64,000 nt of DNA, taken from positions 256,001-320,000 of IMG/VR virus record IMGVR_UViG_3300015615_000629; one strand, given 5' to 3'. Positions 41,151 through 49,306 of the stretch are shown piece by piece. Made by a program: the position numbers and the translations under genes. The notes under the pieces were generated by a model, which saw only the letters and a program-made list of their open reading frames with translations, ran no database searches and was not told the origin of the DNA. Within the stretch, counting starts at the first letter, position 1. The number at the start of each line of letters is the position of its first letter. The stretch is from a virus (taxonomy: Duplodnaviria; Heunggongvirae; Uroviricota; Caudoviricetes).

Positions 41151-41714
41151 TCACAAATTGGCTAAAGATTTTAAACTCTTATACGTTTCTTGTTCGTCTT
41201 CCGAAACCTCAGCCACCTTGTATACACATATCTTACCTTTTCTTAAATCATTATAAAACTTGGTTCTTTCTATCTCTGTCTCTTCAGCACGAGCGTATAC
41301 ATCGCCTGTTCCATTAAAAAGAGCAAAGTTGTTTGTGAAACCCAATTCCCAAAATTGGTCAATTACCTTTTTACACAAGACAACAGGATCACTCTCTTCT
41401 ATCTTAATATCATATCCTAAACAAACGTACCCATTGTTGTCGTAAGCACAATTAGGTAATCTTAAACAATTTCCATACTTCGTCCGTACTATTAAAGCAT
41501 CGTCGCTTTTCTCATCTGATAAATCAAACACATATGTTTCAAGTTTTCGAAAATATACTTCAAAATTGAAACTTGGGAACGAGACACAATAAGGTCTGCT
41601 GGCTCCAAAAAATAGTTGGTCTTTAAAATAAACAGTCCTCTTGCAAGCAGGATTCTTTACCATGCCAAAATAACGACAATTATCACTTTTATTTTGGTAA
41701 AAATTGACTTTCAC
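41151..41714 (-). CDS. Prok-E2_D-like paralogue 8
   Basis: KRT..PYCVSFP..LPNC..GYVCLG..VIDQFWE; GTG start overlaps the upstream stop. Confidence 0.65.
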   Translation of the reverse strand: MKVNFYQNKSDNCRYFGMVKNPACKRTVYFKDQLFFGASRPYCVSFPSFNFEVYFRKLETYVFDLSDEKSDDALIVRTKYGNCLRLPNCAYDNNGYVCLGYDIKIEESDPVVLCKKVIDQFWELGFTNNFALFNGTGDVYARAEETEIERTKFYNDLRKGKICVYKVAEVSEDEQETYKSLKSLANL

Positions 41715-42221
41715 AATCCTAACCTGTAAAGGCCGCTTCTTCTGACATTTCCAACGCCTTTTCCAACCCACTCCCCATAAAACTGCCAAATATTGTATTC
41801 CTGTATATCTTCCGTTCTTAATTCCTTTAACTTTTTCCTTATCTCGTCGGATTGCAATAGAATCACCTGCCCAGGAGCAGGCCGATACCTATCGTAAACT
41901 CTCTTTCTCTCCGCATAGTCAATTCTATCCCCAAACAGAAGCCGACAATGAAGAGCCGAATTAATCAATTCAGCAACTATATGTTGCGGACTTCTGTTTG
42001 CAAGCGTATCTGGAACCAAATAACATTGCGAAATCATGTTTTTCTTTCCGGCACTATCGCCTTCGATATTCTCCACAAACACAGTAAAACTAAAAAGAAA
42101 TAACCAAACCAACCTGGAGCGTTTTCTGCTTTCCATTCCCACTCAAATATGAATGGAATAAAAATCATCAAAGCCATTAGGGCTAATGTTGCGGTTCCAA
42201 CCAAAACAGCAGAAAAGATTT

Positions 42222-42740
42222 TCATTTCATCAATTCCTTTAGGGTTAGCCTTTTGTCCGGTATGGCTAACGCACTTAATTTGTTAGGACTTACTAATATC
42301 ACGCCCTTCTTGAGTGCTTTTACAAAACAACGTTGCATGTGTATTTTTTCTATGCGATCCTCGCCAGCGAGCATTGTATTAAATTCAGACCGCCAAAAAC
42401 TATCTATAACTTTTTTACATAACCGTAGTGGAGATTTAGCAGTAATTTGTTCGTCCTCTTCTCCCATGCAAACCATACCATCTGATACCGAATAAACATT
42501 CGGTAGTATAATCCCACGCCCTTTTGATGTTTTTACTGCAACTCCCTCATCATCTGTCTCATAGTGGTTGTTAGATATCTTTATAAAAAGTATTTCAAAT
42601 ATCAACTCGGGAAAACTTACAAAATATGGTTTATCATCATAAAAGATAGTTCTGCTGTGTTTTGGCACCAACACCTTGCCCAAATATTCGCCCTCATCGT
42701 GGTCGCTGAGCCTCGGCAATGTGAAGAATTTGTATTTCAT
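42222..42740 (-). CDS. Prok-E2_D-like paralogue 9
   Basis: SRT..PYFVSFPELIF..LPNVY..GMVCMG..VIDSFWRSEFN. Confidence 0.7.
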   Translation of the reverse strand: MKYKFFTLPRLSDHDEGEYLGKVLVPKHSRTIFYDDKPYFVSFPELIFEILFIKISNNHYETDDEGVAVKTSKGRGIILPNVYSVSDGMVCMGEEDEQITAKSPLRLCKKVIDSFWRSEFNTMLAGEDRIEKIHMQRCFVKALKKGVILVSPNKLSALAIPDKRLTLKELMK

Positions 42741-42757
42741 TGTGGTATCGGCCCAAA

Positions 42758-43255
42758 TTAAGCCTTACGTTGCAAATCAAAGGCTGAGATTTCTTCGCCT
42801 AGAAACGTTGAATTAATCTTGTCTTCTGAAAGCGATATTTCCCCTTTTTCTATATCTTCAAAGAATTTATCTTCGGCGTCTTCCTCTTCCTCGGAATTAT
42901 CCAAACCAAGAAATTGATTGAATTCAGACATCCAAAAACTATCCAAGATTTTCTTACATAATTCAATTGCGTTTTTGTCTTTTATCGAGTTATCCAGGCC
43001 GGTACAAACAGTGCCTTCCCAATCTACATTGGGAAGATTTATACCATAGCCCTCTTTTGATTTGATAAGCAAATCGCAAAAATTAATGTTAAAATAAAAA
43101 CCATCCTCAATTATGAAATCTATTTCAAATACCAAATCCGGAAATCTGACATAATAAGGAGTCATTATGTAGAAAATAGTTCTAGAATGACTCGGTACAA
43201 ATACCTGTGCTATACAGCATTTTCTCTTTGAGTTTTCAAAAAACTTAATTTCCAT
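42758..43255 (-). CDS. Prok-E2_D-like paralogue 10
   Basis: SRT..PYYVRFPDLVF..LPNVDWEGTVCTG..LDSFWMSEFN. Confidence 0.7.
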   Translation of the reverse strand: MEIKFFENSKRKCCIAQVFVPSHSRTIFYIMTPYYVRFPDLVFEIDFIIEDGFYFNINFCDLLIKSKEGYGINLPNVDWEGTVCTGLDNSIKDKNAIELCKKILDSFWMSEFNQFLGLDNSEEEEDAEDKFFEDIEKGEISLSEDKINSTFLGEEISAFDLQRKA

Positions 43256-43410
43256 GCCTTTTCTCGAATAAAATTAATTCTTTTTTGAGAAATTGCCGTT
43301 GCTTCTTTCTCGACTTTATTTCCCGAAGATCAGACTCATGCCACCATTCCAACCAGTGCTTTAAACAAAGTGCTGTTGGGGAAACATATTTGGCTTGTTT
43401 TGGGCATTTT

Positions 43411-43896
43411 TTACAAATCATCTCTAACTCGATAATCTTCTAATTCACCATTAATTACTTTAATCAGTATCGCAGTCCACCAAGACGGAGCAAATTGCCG
43501 ACCAATACTACAATCATACGAGGTAGGATCAAATCTAGATTGCCAAAAATAAGAAACTAGATTTTTAAGTTGCTCAGATACAGAGTCTTTAAATGGAATT
43601 ATATCGTTTCCCGTACACATCGAGCCACTATTACAATTTGGAAAACCAGAATATGTTATCACCCCATCTTTTTCAAAAAACACTATCAAACCGCCCCTGT
43701 TACTAGAAGAAGTGATGGCCCGCCAAAGAAAAAAATGTATCTTCGGCAGGTCTAAACAGACAGGCTTATTTCCTAAAATAACAGTCCTAGAACATGGCTC
43801 TTGCTCAGCATGAGCCATATGAACATCGAAATCGTAACCTGCCGTTTTAATAGTCTTTAGAGTCTTTGGTATTTTGTAACACTTGATCGGTCGCAT
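43411..43896 (-). CDS. Prok-E2_D-like paralogue 11
   Basis: SRT..LPKIHF..FPNCNSGSMCTG..VSYFWQSRF. Confidence 0.65.
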   Translation of the reverse strand: MRPIKCYKIPKTLKTIKTAGYDFDVHMAHAEQEPCSRTVILGNKPVCLDLPKIHFFLWRAITSSSNRGGLIVFFEKDGVITYSGFPNCNSGSMCTGNDIIPFKDSVSEQLKNLVSYFWQSRFDPTSYDCSIGRQFAPSWWTAILIKVINGELEDYRVRDDL

Positions 43897-43902
43897 TTGG
43901 CC

Positions 43903-43930
43903 ATTATAGCACAGTCTGGACAGATGTAAA
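43903..43930 (-). promoter_or_regulatory. Sigma70-like promoter TTTACA-N16-TATAAT with TGTGC; leaderless to ATG 43896
   Basis: Minus strand tttacatctgtccagactgtgctataat. Confidence 0.6.
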
Positions 43931-43931
43931 A

Positions 43932-44018
43932 TGAGAGTACACGGAATTGAACCGCTCGGCTATCCACCCGACTTTTTAGAGCCTTGTGTTCTACAGACAC
44001 ACGTCGGGAAATACTCTC
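43932..44018 (-). tRNA. Atypical tRNA-Tyr(GTA)-like gene lacking a normal D arm
   Basis: Acceptor GAGAGUA/UACUCUC, UGUGU-CUGUAGA-ACACA, T loop UUCAAUU; CCCGAC replaces the D arm. Confidence 0.6.
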
Positions 44019-44314
44019 TAATGAATGAACTCAGGAAACGCATCAGGCTTGCTTTTTCTTATAGTTTGAACCGCCAGAGACTTTGCCATTTGTTCTGGCG
44101 ACCTACTGTGCGGAAAACTACTTTTCTCATCAAGTTTTAATTCGCCTTTAAATGCAATAACTTCTTCGAGAAAAGATTCGATTTCTGGGGCCAAGTCTGA
44201 TTCGGCCCGCGATGGCTCGGAAATAAATTCTATAAAATCGCCCAATAATTCTTCCCATAATGGAATATATTCTGGATTCTCTTGCATCGCTAAGCGAACA
44301 TGTTTGAAAAACAT
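44018..44314 (-). CDS. Hypothetical protein
   Basis: 98 aa ORF between tRNAs. Confidence 0.5.
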   Translation of the reverse strand: MFFKHVRLAMQENPEYIPLWEELLGDFIEFISEPSRAESDLAPEIESFLEEVIAFKGELKLDEKSSFPHSRSPEQMAKSLAVQTIRKSKPDAFPEFIH

Positions 44315-44503
44315 TTAGCCTCCCATTCCACTTTCTAGGCGGAAACACATTTCCTCGATTGGCTTCAAACCTTCTCTTTCAATCACCTCAATTGGTGTTC
44401 TATTGTAAAAGAATCTATTTGGAGTTTTAAGCCAAGTTTCTATGAATTCTTCTTTAATCACCGATGATAGAAGAATTTTGGCTTGGTTGAGATTGTTGTT
44501 CAT
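44315..44503 (-). CDS. Orphan MbcA/ParS/Xre antitoxin C-terminal-like protein
   Basis: WLKTPN..F...TPIEVI...G...V..L..G. Confidence 0.65.
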   Translation of the reverse strand: MNNNLNQAKILLSSVIKEEFIETWLKTPNRFFYNRTPIEVIEREGLKPIEEMCFRLESGMGG

Positions 44504-44505
44504 AG

Positions 44506-44593
44506 TGACCGAGACAGGACTTGAACCTGCACGCCTTATTTATTCGGCACGGCGTTCTCATCGCCGCATGGCTGCCAATTACATCACTCGGTC
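44506..44593 (-). tRNA. trnL: tRNA-Leu(GAG)
   Basis: GACCGAG/CUCGGUC, CGGCG-AUGAGAA-CGCCG, long variable arm, T loop UUCAAGU. Confidence 0.85.
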
Positions 44594-45351
44594 TTATTTG
44601 CGGCTATTTTAGCCCAATAACCTCTAGGAGGTTTATTGATTCCTAAATTCTTTGCCCACTTAGCAATCGCATTATCACTCACGCCAAAATCTTTGGCAAT
44701 TTGCGTTGTTGGTTTTTCCCAAAGTAATTTTTCAAGTTCATCTTTGGTTGGGTGTGGAACTTTGTGTGGTTTCGGTCTTTTACGCCAATTGTTATCAATA
44801 GGATTGCCGGATTTTATTCTTTTATCTTTTCTTTTTGTTCTCGCTACACGATTAAACTCGCCAGTGTTCCCTGTTAATCCAGTTTGTCCTTTATTAAGTC
44901 CAAACGTAGATGTTTGACTATGGCAGTTTGGACACATAAATCTAAGATTTTCTTTTTTATTGTCTAAAAAATTTCCGTTGATATGATCAACATGCAATCT
45001 TATCTCTTTTCCTTGCCACATACCATTGCAACCACATTTTTCACACTTATACTCTCTCCCACTTTCAATTAGTGCTCGTCTAAGTCGAACACCATGTTCT
45101 CTTCTATACTGGGTTTTTCCTTCTACAAGAATTTTACTCCAATGTTGTTTTTTTGGAGACGTTTTTCCTCGACAATGACATTGACCTGTAAAATGAGATG
45201 AATCAATTTTAAGGTTTTTTATTTTATTTCTTATATTTGTATGGCTTCCTCCTCCAAATTTAATGCCTAATCTCCGCATTACCTCGGAGATGGACATAGA
45301 CTGTTTTACTGCTTCTTCAAGTTGTTCTTTTGTATATTTTGTGTAACTCAT
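44584..45351 (-). CDS. HNH endonuclease with HTH domains, free-standing within the tRNA cluster
   Basis: CEKCG..LHVDHING..DN..ENLRFMCPNCHSQT; C-terminal IAKDFGVSDNAIAKW HTH. Confidence 0.85.
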   Translation of the reverse strand: MSYTKYTKEQLEEAVKQSMSISEVMRRLGIKFGGGSHTNIRNKIKNLKIDSSHFTGQCHCRGKTSPKKQHWSKILVEGKTQYRREHGVRLRRALIESGREYKCEKCGCNGMWQGKEIRLHVDHINGNFLDNKKENLRFMCPNCHSQTSTFGLNKGQTGLTGNTGEFNRVARTKRKDKRIKSGNPIDNNWRKRPKPHKVPHPTKDELEKLLWEKPTTQIAKDFGVSDNAIAKWAKNLGINKPPRGYWAKIAANKTE

Positions 45352-45416
45352 ACCCTAAGAGAGTATGGCTTTACCAAATATAACTAAAAGATATCAAATT
45401 TTACGAAAATTTTAAG

Positions 45417-45490
45417 TAGCTCCGGCGAGATTCGAACTCGCAGCATCGAACGTTCTAAGCGTTCGTGGTCGTCCAGTTGCCTACAGAGCC
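45417..45490 (-). tRNA. trnL: tRNA-Leu(TAG), short variable loop
   Basis: GGCUCUG/CGGAGCU, GAACG-CUUAGAA-CGUUC, GCGAG-UUCGAAU-CUCGC. Confidence 0.85.
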
Positions 45491-45507
45491 AAATTGATAT
45501 TTTTAAG

Positions 45508-45581
45508 TAGCCCAGAACGGATTTGAACCGTTAGCATCGGATTTTTTGAAAATCCGTGGTCTTCCAGTTGCCTACTGGGCC
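45508..45581 (-). tRNA. trnL: tRNA-Leu(CAA), short variable loop
   Basis: GGCCCAG/CUGGGCU, GGAUU-UUCAAAA-AAUCC, AACGG-UUCAAAU-CCGUU. Confidence 0.85.
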
Positions 45582-45612
45582 ATTGAATCAAATTAAATTA
45601 TCAAAGAACAAA

Positions 45613-45687
45613 TAAGACGGGTGGGACTCGGACCCACAAACGAAGATTTTTAAAATCTTCCGCATTATCCAGTTAGCGTACCGTCTC
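45613..45687 (-). tRNA. trnL: tRNA-Leu(TAA), short variable loop
   Basis: GAGACGG/CCGUCUU, AAGAU-UUUAAAA-AUCUU, GUGGG-UCCGAGU-CCCAC. Confidence 0.8.
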
Positions 45688-45691
45688 AAAG

Positions 45692-45764
45692 TGGTAAGGA
45701 TCGGAATCGAACCGATTTAGCGCCGTCTTCAGCGGCGTGCAATGACCACACCTGCTCCCTTACC
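45692..45764 (-). tRNA. trnF: tRNA-Phe(GAA)
   Basis: GGUAAGG/CCUUACC, CGCCG-CUGAAGA-CGGCG, AUCGG-UUCGAUU-CCGAU. Confidence 0.9.
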
Positions 45765-45771
45765 ATAAACT

Positions 45772-46017
45772 CTAAATATCGCTTGCTTTTCTATTTCTTT
45801 TATAGTCCCTTTCATGTCCTAACACGTATTCACCTTTCATTTTGGAATGAACGGCAAATACAGTCCAGCCATCGTCCCAACTGCCATCTTCTTGTTTTAT
45901 CTTTACTACATTTCCTTCAATGGCAAACTTTGAAGGAATCCACGAAACATCGCGTTGATAGCCGTTTTCAGTCGGCTTTCGTAATTCACATTGGTTATAG
46001 TAATCTGATTTATTCAT
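45772..46017 (-). CDS. Hypothetical protein within the tRNA cluster
   Basis: Likely start MNKSDYY; the upstream part of the track ORF overlaps tRNA-Leu. Confidence 0.6.
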   Translation of the reverse strand: MNKSDYYNQCELRKPTENGYQRDVSWIPSKFAIEGNVVKIKQEDGSWDDGWTVFAVHSKMKGEYVLGHERDYKRNRKASDI

Positions 46018-46028
46018 AAAATTCCTAG

Positions 46029-46114
46029 TAGCCACAGCCGGACTTGAACCGGCAAGGGGTTTGCACCCCATCGGATTTTAAGTCCGATGCGTTTTCCAAT
46101 TTCGCCATGCGGCC
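46029..46114 (-). tRNA. trnL: tRNA-Leu(TAA), long variable arm
   Basis: GGCCGCA/UGUGGCU, UCGGA-CUUAAAA-UCCGA, GCCGG-UUCAAGU-CCGGC. Confidence 0.9.
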
Positions 46115-46117
46115 AAC

Positions 46118-46154
46118 AAAAAACCCTCAGTAACCACTTGGTTACTGAGGGTTT
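46118..46154 (-). terminator. Strong intrinsic terminator (attenuator) immediately upstream of the tRNA cluster
   Basis: aaaccctcagtaacca-ag-tggttactgagggttt plus T-tract, ending a few nt before the first tRNA. Confidence 0.8.
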
Positions 46155-46180
46155 CGTATTCCCTAAGTCTAAGCGGTCAC

Positions 46181-46246
46181 TCAGCCATCGTCGCTATAGA
46201 GCGACAAGGATAAAAATGACAGGCTTAGACTAAACATCGCGTTCAT
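46181..46246 (-). CDS. Putative attenuator leader peptide MNAMFSLSLSFLSLSLYSDDG
   Basis: ATG AAC GCG ATG TTT AGT CTA AGC CTG TCA TTT TTA TCC TTG TCG CTC TAT AGC GAC GAT GGC TGA, between promoter and terminator; below the ORF-track length cutoff. Confidence 0.75.
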   Translation of the reverse strand: MNAMFSLSLSFLSLSLYSDDG

Positions 46247-46297
46247 TGTAGTGTATCTATTCTTCTCGTTTTGGTTTTTCTGCCACCGACTACAAAA

Positions 46298-46325
46298 ATC
46301 TTAGCACAGGATTTTCGTTTGTCAA
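46298..46325 (-). promoter_or_regulatory. Sigma70-like promoter TTGACA-N16-TAAGAT with TGTGC, heading the tRNA cluster
   Basis: Minus strand ttgacaaacgaaaatcctgtgctaagat. Confidence 0.7.
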
Positions 46326-46990
46326 GCGGGCGGCGAAAATTTTTCGACACCTTTGTAGTTTGTCCACGGATCACAACCGATTATAATATAGCCGGTTTCA
46401 GAGAACAACCTGCCAAGGTTATCCGGTTCAGGCATAATTTCCACAAACTTACCAGAAAAATCTCGATGTTCCAGGTTTCCCACATATGGATACGGCCTTT
46501 TGTCCCGTCGTCGAGTGAATTCTATTGTGTGACCATTTATCGATAGTACAAGATTATCGCCTTTTCGAACAACCAACATGGTTTGGGTGTCGGAGAAACT
46601 TCCGTGTTTGTGTCTGCAAACATCAACTAAATAATAATCGGCTTCCCCTTGGTCTATGACGTAACTGCTTGGGCGGACCTCTTCGTCTTCAAGTTCCAAC
46701 GGTGCTTTCCAACCAGAAGATATTTTGGACATAAAATGGAAATAACTTATATTGTGGGATAACTTGCCTTCTTTATCCCATTCCAACCTAACTAATTTTT
46801 CTAGAAAATAAACTACAATTCCACCTTCGCCTTCCCAACAAATCCAATTTGGTTCGTTCGTTGGGTTTGCACGAATTAGATTTCTGGCTTTCTCAATCGC
46901 CACTAAACTTGGTGAATAATAGCCATCGTCCTCTTCTTCGGGATTCTTGGCATATTCGTCAAGTATTTTTTCTGCTTCTTCGATAGTCAT
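46322..46990 (-). CDS. Hypothetical protein
   Basis: 222 aa ORF. Confidence 0.6.
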   Translation of the reverse strand: MTIEEAEKILDEYAKNPEEEDDGYYSPSLVAIEKARNLIRANPTNEPNWICWEGEGGIVVYFLEKLVRLEWDKEGKLSHNISYFHFMSKISSGWKAPLELEDEEVRPSSYVIDQGEADYYLVDVCRHKHGSFSDTQTMLVVRKGDNLVLSINGHTIEFTRRRDKRPYPYVGNLEHRDFSGKFVEIMPEPDNLGRLFSETGYIIIGCDPWTNYKGVEKFSPPA

Positions 46991-46991
46991 T

Positions 46992-47525
46992 TTAATACTT
47001 TAACTCCGCTCCCTCTGGTAGGGATTCCAACAAAGTATAGACATTTTCACCGCCAATAGGATTTTCTTCGGTTTTTGGAACGTCAATAAATTCTTTAAAT
47101 ACGATAAGAGGATCGGGGCAATCAATACCTTCCATCAATTTTGTAAGTTTTTTGGCACGCTTTGAAGTGCTTTCTAAAGCCTCTTCTTCACTGGATTCTT
47201 CAATGGCTCGGCAATCCAAATAGGAATAAAGGCGTTTGTTTTCTTTTTGTTGATAGAACCCCCAACGTTGATAAGTGGTTTTACCGTTAAGTTTAGATTT
47301 GGATACAATTTGGAGTTCTATTTCTCGATATTTTTCTTTGAAAATCCGCCCATATTGAATATCAACTGCTTCTGTTATTAGGCAATTTTTATCTTCTTTG
47401 AGCCATCGCCCTTCTTCGGCTGTCCAACCATTTTCTTCTAGAAATTTAGTATTTCGCTCAATGTAATCCAAACTTACAGCACTTAGGTTTTTTTCGTCGC
47501 CGACAAGAACGTATTCTTTGTTCAT
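46992..47525 (-). CDS. Hypothetical protein
   Basis: Likely start MNKEYV. Confidence 0.55.
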   Translation of the reverse strand: MNKEYVLVGDEKNLSAVSLDYIERNTKFLEENGWTAEEGRWLKEDKNCLITEAVDIQYGRIFKEKYREIELQIVSKSKLNGKTTYQRWGFYQQKENKRLYSYLDCRAIEESSEEEALESTSKRAKKLTKLMEGIDCPDPLIVFKEFIDVPKTEENPIGGENVYTLLESLPEGAELKY

Positions 47526-48093
47526 TAAACCATTCCGTGTTGTTCGTTTTCCTTCATCCTGCAAAGTTGTTCAAGCACCTCAATGTTAGCATAAAATTGC
47601 AACATTCTTAATCTATCAATTGTCGGAAGATCAGAAAGAACTTTTGGCAATTTGCCTCCGTTTCCGACATGTTCGAGTAATTTCTGGCTTAGTTCCACCG
47701 CTGCGGCGAAATTTCCTTCTCTATGAAGGTTACACATATCTTGCCAGCAAACATCGGGGTAAAAGTCGCTCAAAAGAAATCTCCTTTGTTTATTTCAATA
47801 CAATTCCAGGCACAGATTTTTTTAATTCTTCGGCCATTATGGCAAGTATTCTTTTGCGTTCTTCTTCTGTGAAATCTGTGCTGAATTCCAATTTTATTGA
47901 TTTTATTTTAATTGATTGACAATCTTGGCAATAATGTTTTGCGGGGTGATTTGGCCTACCGTCGTGTTCCTGTTGCCATCCCAATTTTGCGGCCGATTCT
48001 GATAACGATTCTCTAGATTGAGGAATAAAAGTTACACTTTTCCCACAAGTATCACAAATAAGATGCCGAGTTATTTTGTGCATTGTAGTTTAC

Positions 48094-49023
48094 TCAAAAG
48101 AAATCTCCTTGGTCGAAATACTTGAATCCCAATCTTTTGGCAAAAGTTTCATCGGTCGTTTGATCGCCGACGTAAATGCATTCTTTGGGATTCAATTTAT
48201 ATTTTTCGATCAAATAAACTCCCAAACCGCTTTGTGGTTTCCTACAATAGCAGGTTGGAGGGACATTATGTGGACAGAACACGTAATCAATATCGTGTCC
48301 TAGCAATTCATTTGTCTTATCAAAGCAGAGAACCGCGTTTTCTCTTGTTACTTGTTTTCTGGCAATTCCTGATTGGTTAGAAACGCCTAGCAGGAGATAG
48401 CCGTTATCTTTATATTCTTGTAGTTTTTCTTTTCTGTTTGGGAGAAGTTTGACTTCTTCTGGGTTGATAGGAAATTGGAATTCCCCTGTGGATTCTCTCA
48501 AAGTGCCATCATAATCGAGAATAAGTGCTTTGTTTGTATATTCGGATGGATTCCTTTTAAATTCTTTTTTGGTTATACTATTAAATCCTTCTTCTCTGGA
48601 AGGTTTTTTGAATTCTTTTCTATATTTGAAAAGGACAACGGCTGGGAATGTATTTGGATCTTTCTTGACTTCTTTAATTGATTCTAAGTCTAGGAATAGT
48701 TTTCCGTATTTTTGGTGCATCCTGTGAAGTGCGTTAATTTGGGCATCTTCGATGCTAGTTGCGACTAGGATGCAGTGAATTTCTGCTTTATTTTTATAGG
48801 CTAATTCTATAAAGGGTCGTCTACTTTCTACTGTTGGGAAGAGATTATCTAAGACTACATTTTTGCCTTGGCGTAGACAATTCTCCATTTTGGGCAACAA
48901 GTCGATAACTTCGCCGCCTTGTGTATCCCGATTCAGATGGATGTAGCCTTTTTCGATATATTCTTTTGCGATGGAGCTTTTACCGGAAGCGGGTGAACCG
49001 CAAATTAGAATTACTTCTGTCAT
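48094..49023 (-). CDS. Bifunctional polynucleotide kinase / 3'-phosphatase (PNKP-like)
   Basis: N-terminal GSPASGKS..NRD..VLDN kinase; C-terminal HAD DYDGTL..SNQSG..CRKP..VGD. Confidence 0.85.
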   Translation of the reverse strand: MTEVILICGSPASGKSSIAKEYIEKGYIHLNRDTQGGEVIDLLPKMENCLRQGKNVVLDNLFPTVESRRPFIELAYKNKAEIHCILVATSIEDAQINALHRMHQKYGKLFLDLESIKEVKKDPNTFPAVVLFKYRKEFKKPSREEGFNSITKKEFKRNPSEYTNKALILDYDGTLRESTGEFQFPINPEEVKLLPNRKEKLQEYKDNGYLLLGVSNQSGIARKQVTRENAVLCFDKTNELLGHDIDYVFCPHNVPPTCYCRKPQSGLGVYLIEKYKLNPKECIYVGDQTTDETFAKRLGFKYFDQGDFF

Positions 49024-49306
49024 GGGGAAATCTGTGGTTGGGGCGGTTTAAAGTTACCACGAACATCAAGCGGAACTGTATGTCCTGCTAATTCGACTGT
49101 TTTTGGGAAACCTTCTGGATTTTCTGGCTCGACTCTGAGTAAGAGGCAAGGGGTATAGAGAATCCCATTTTCTTCTGTGGTAGCGGAGTAAGAGACGCCG
49201 AGGGAGTAGGCACCCTGATAATCGCCTAAAATAAGGCGATGTAGTTCGCTACCGGCTGTCTCGAACGCTGTTTGTAATTCTTCGATGTGCATGTTATCCT
49301 CTTCTG

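Noticed and set aside
46118-46290. T-box riboswitch upstream of the tRNAs
   Set aside because: No AAUUAGGGUGGUACCGCG-type T-box sequence or stem I motifs are visible; the leader-peptide model explains the region better.
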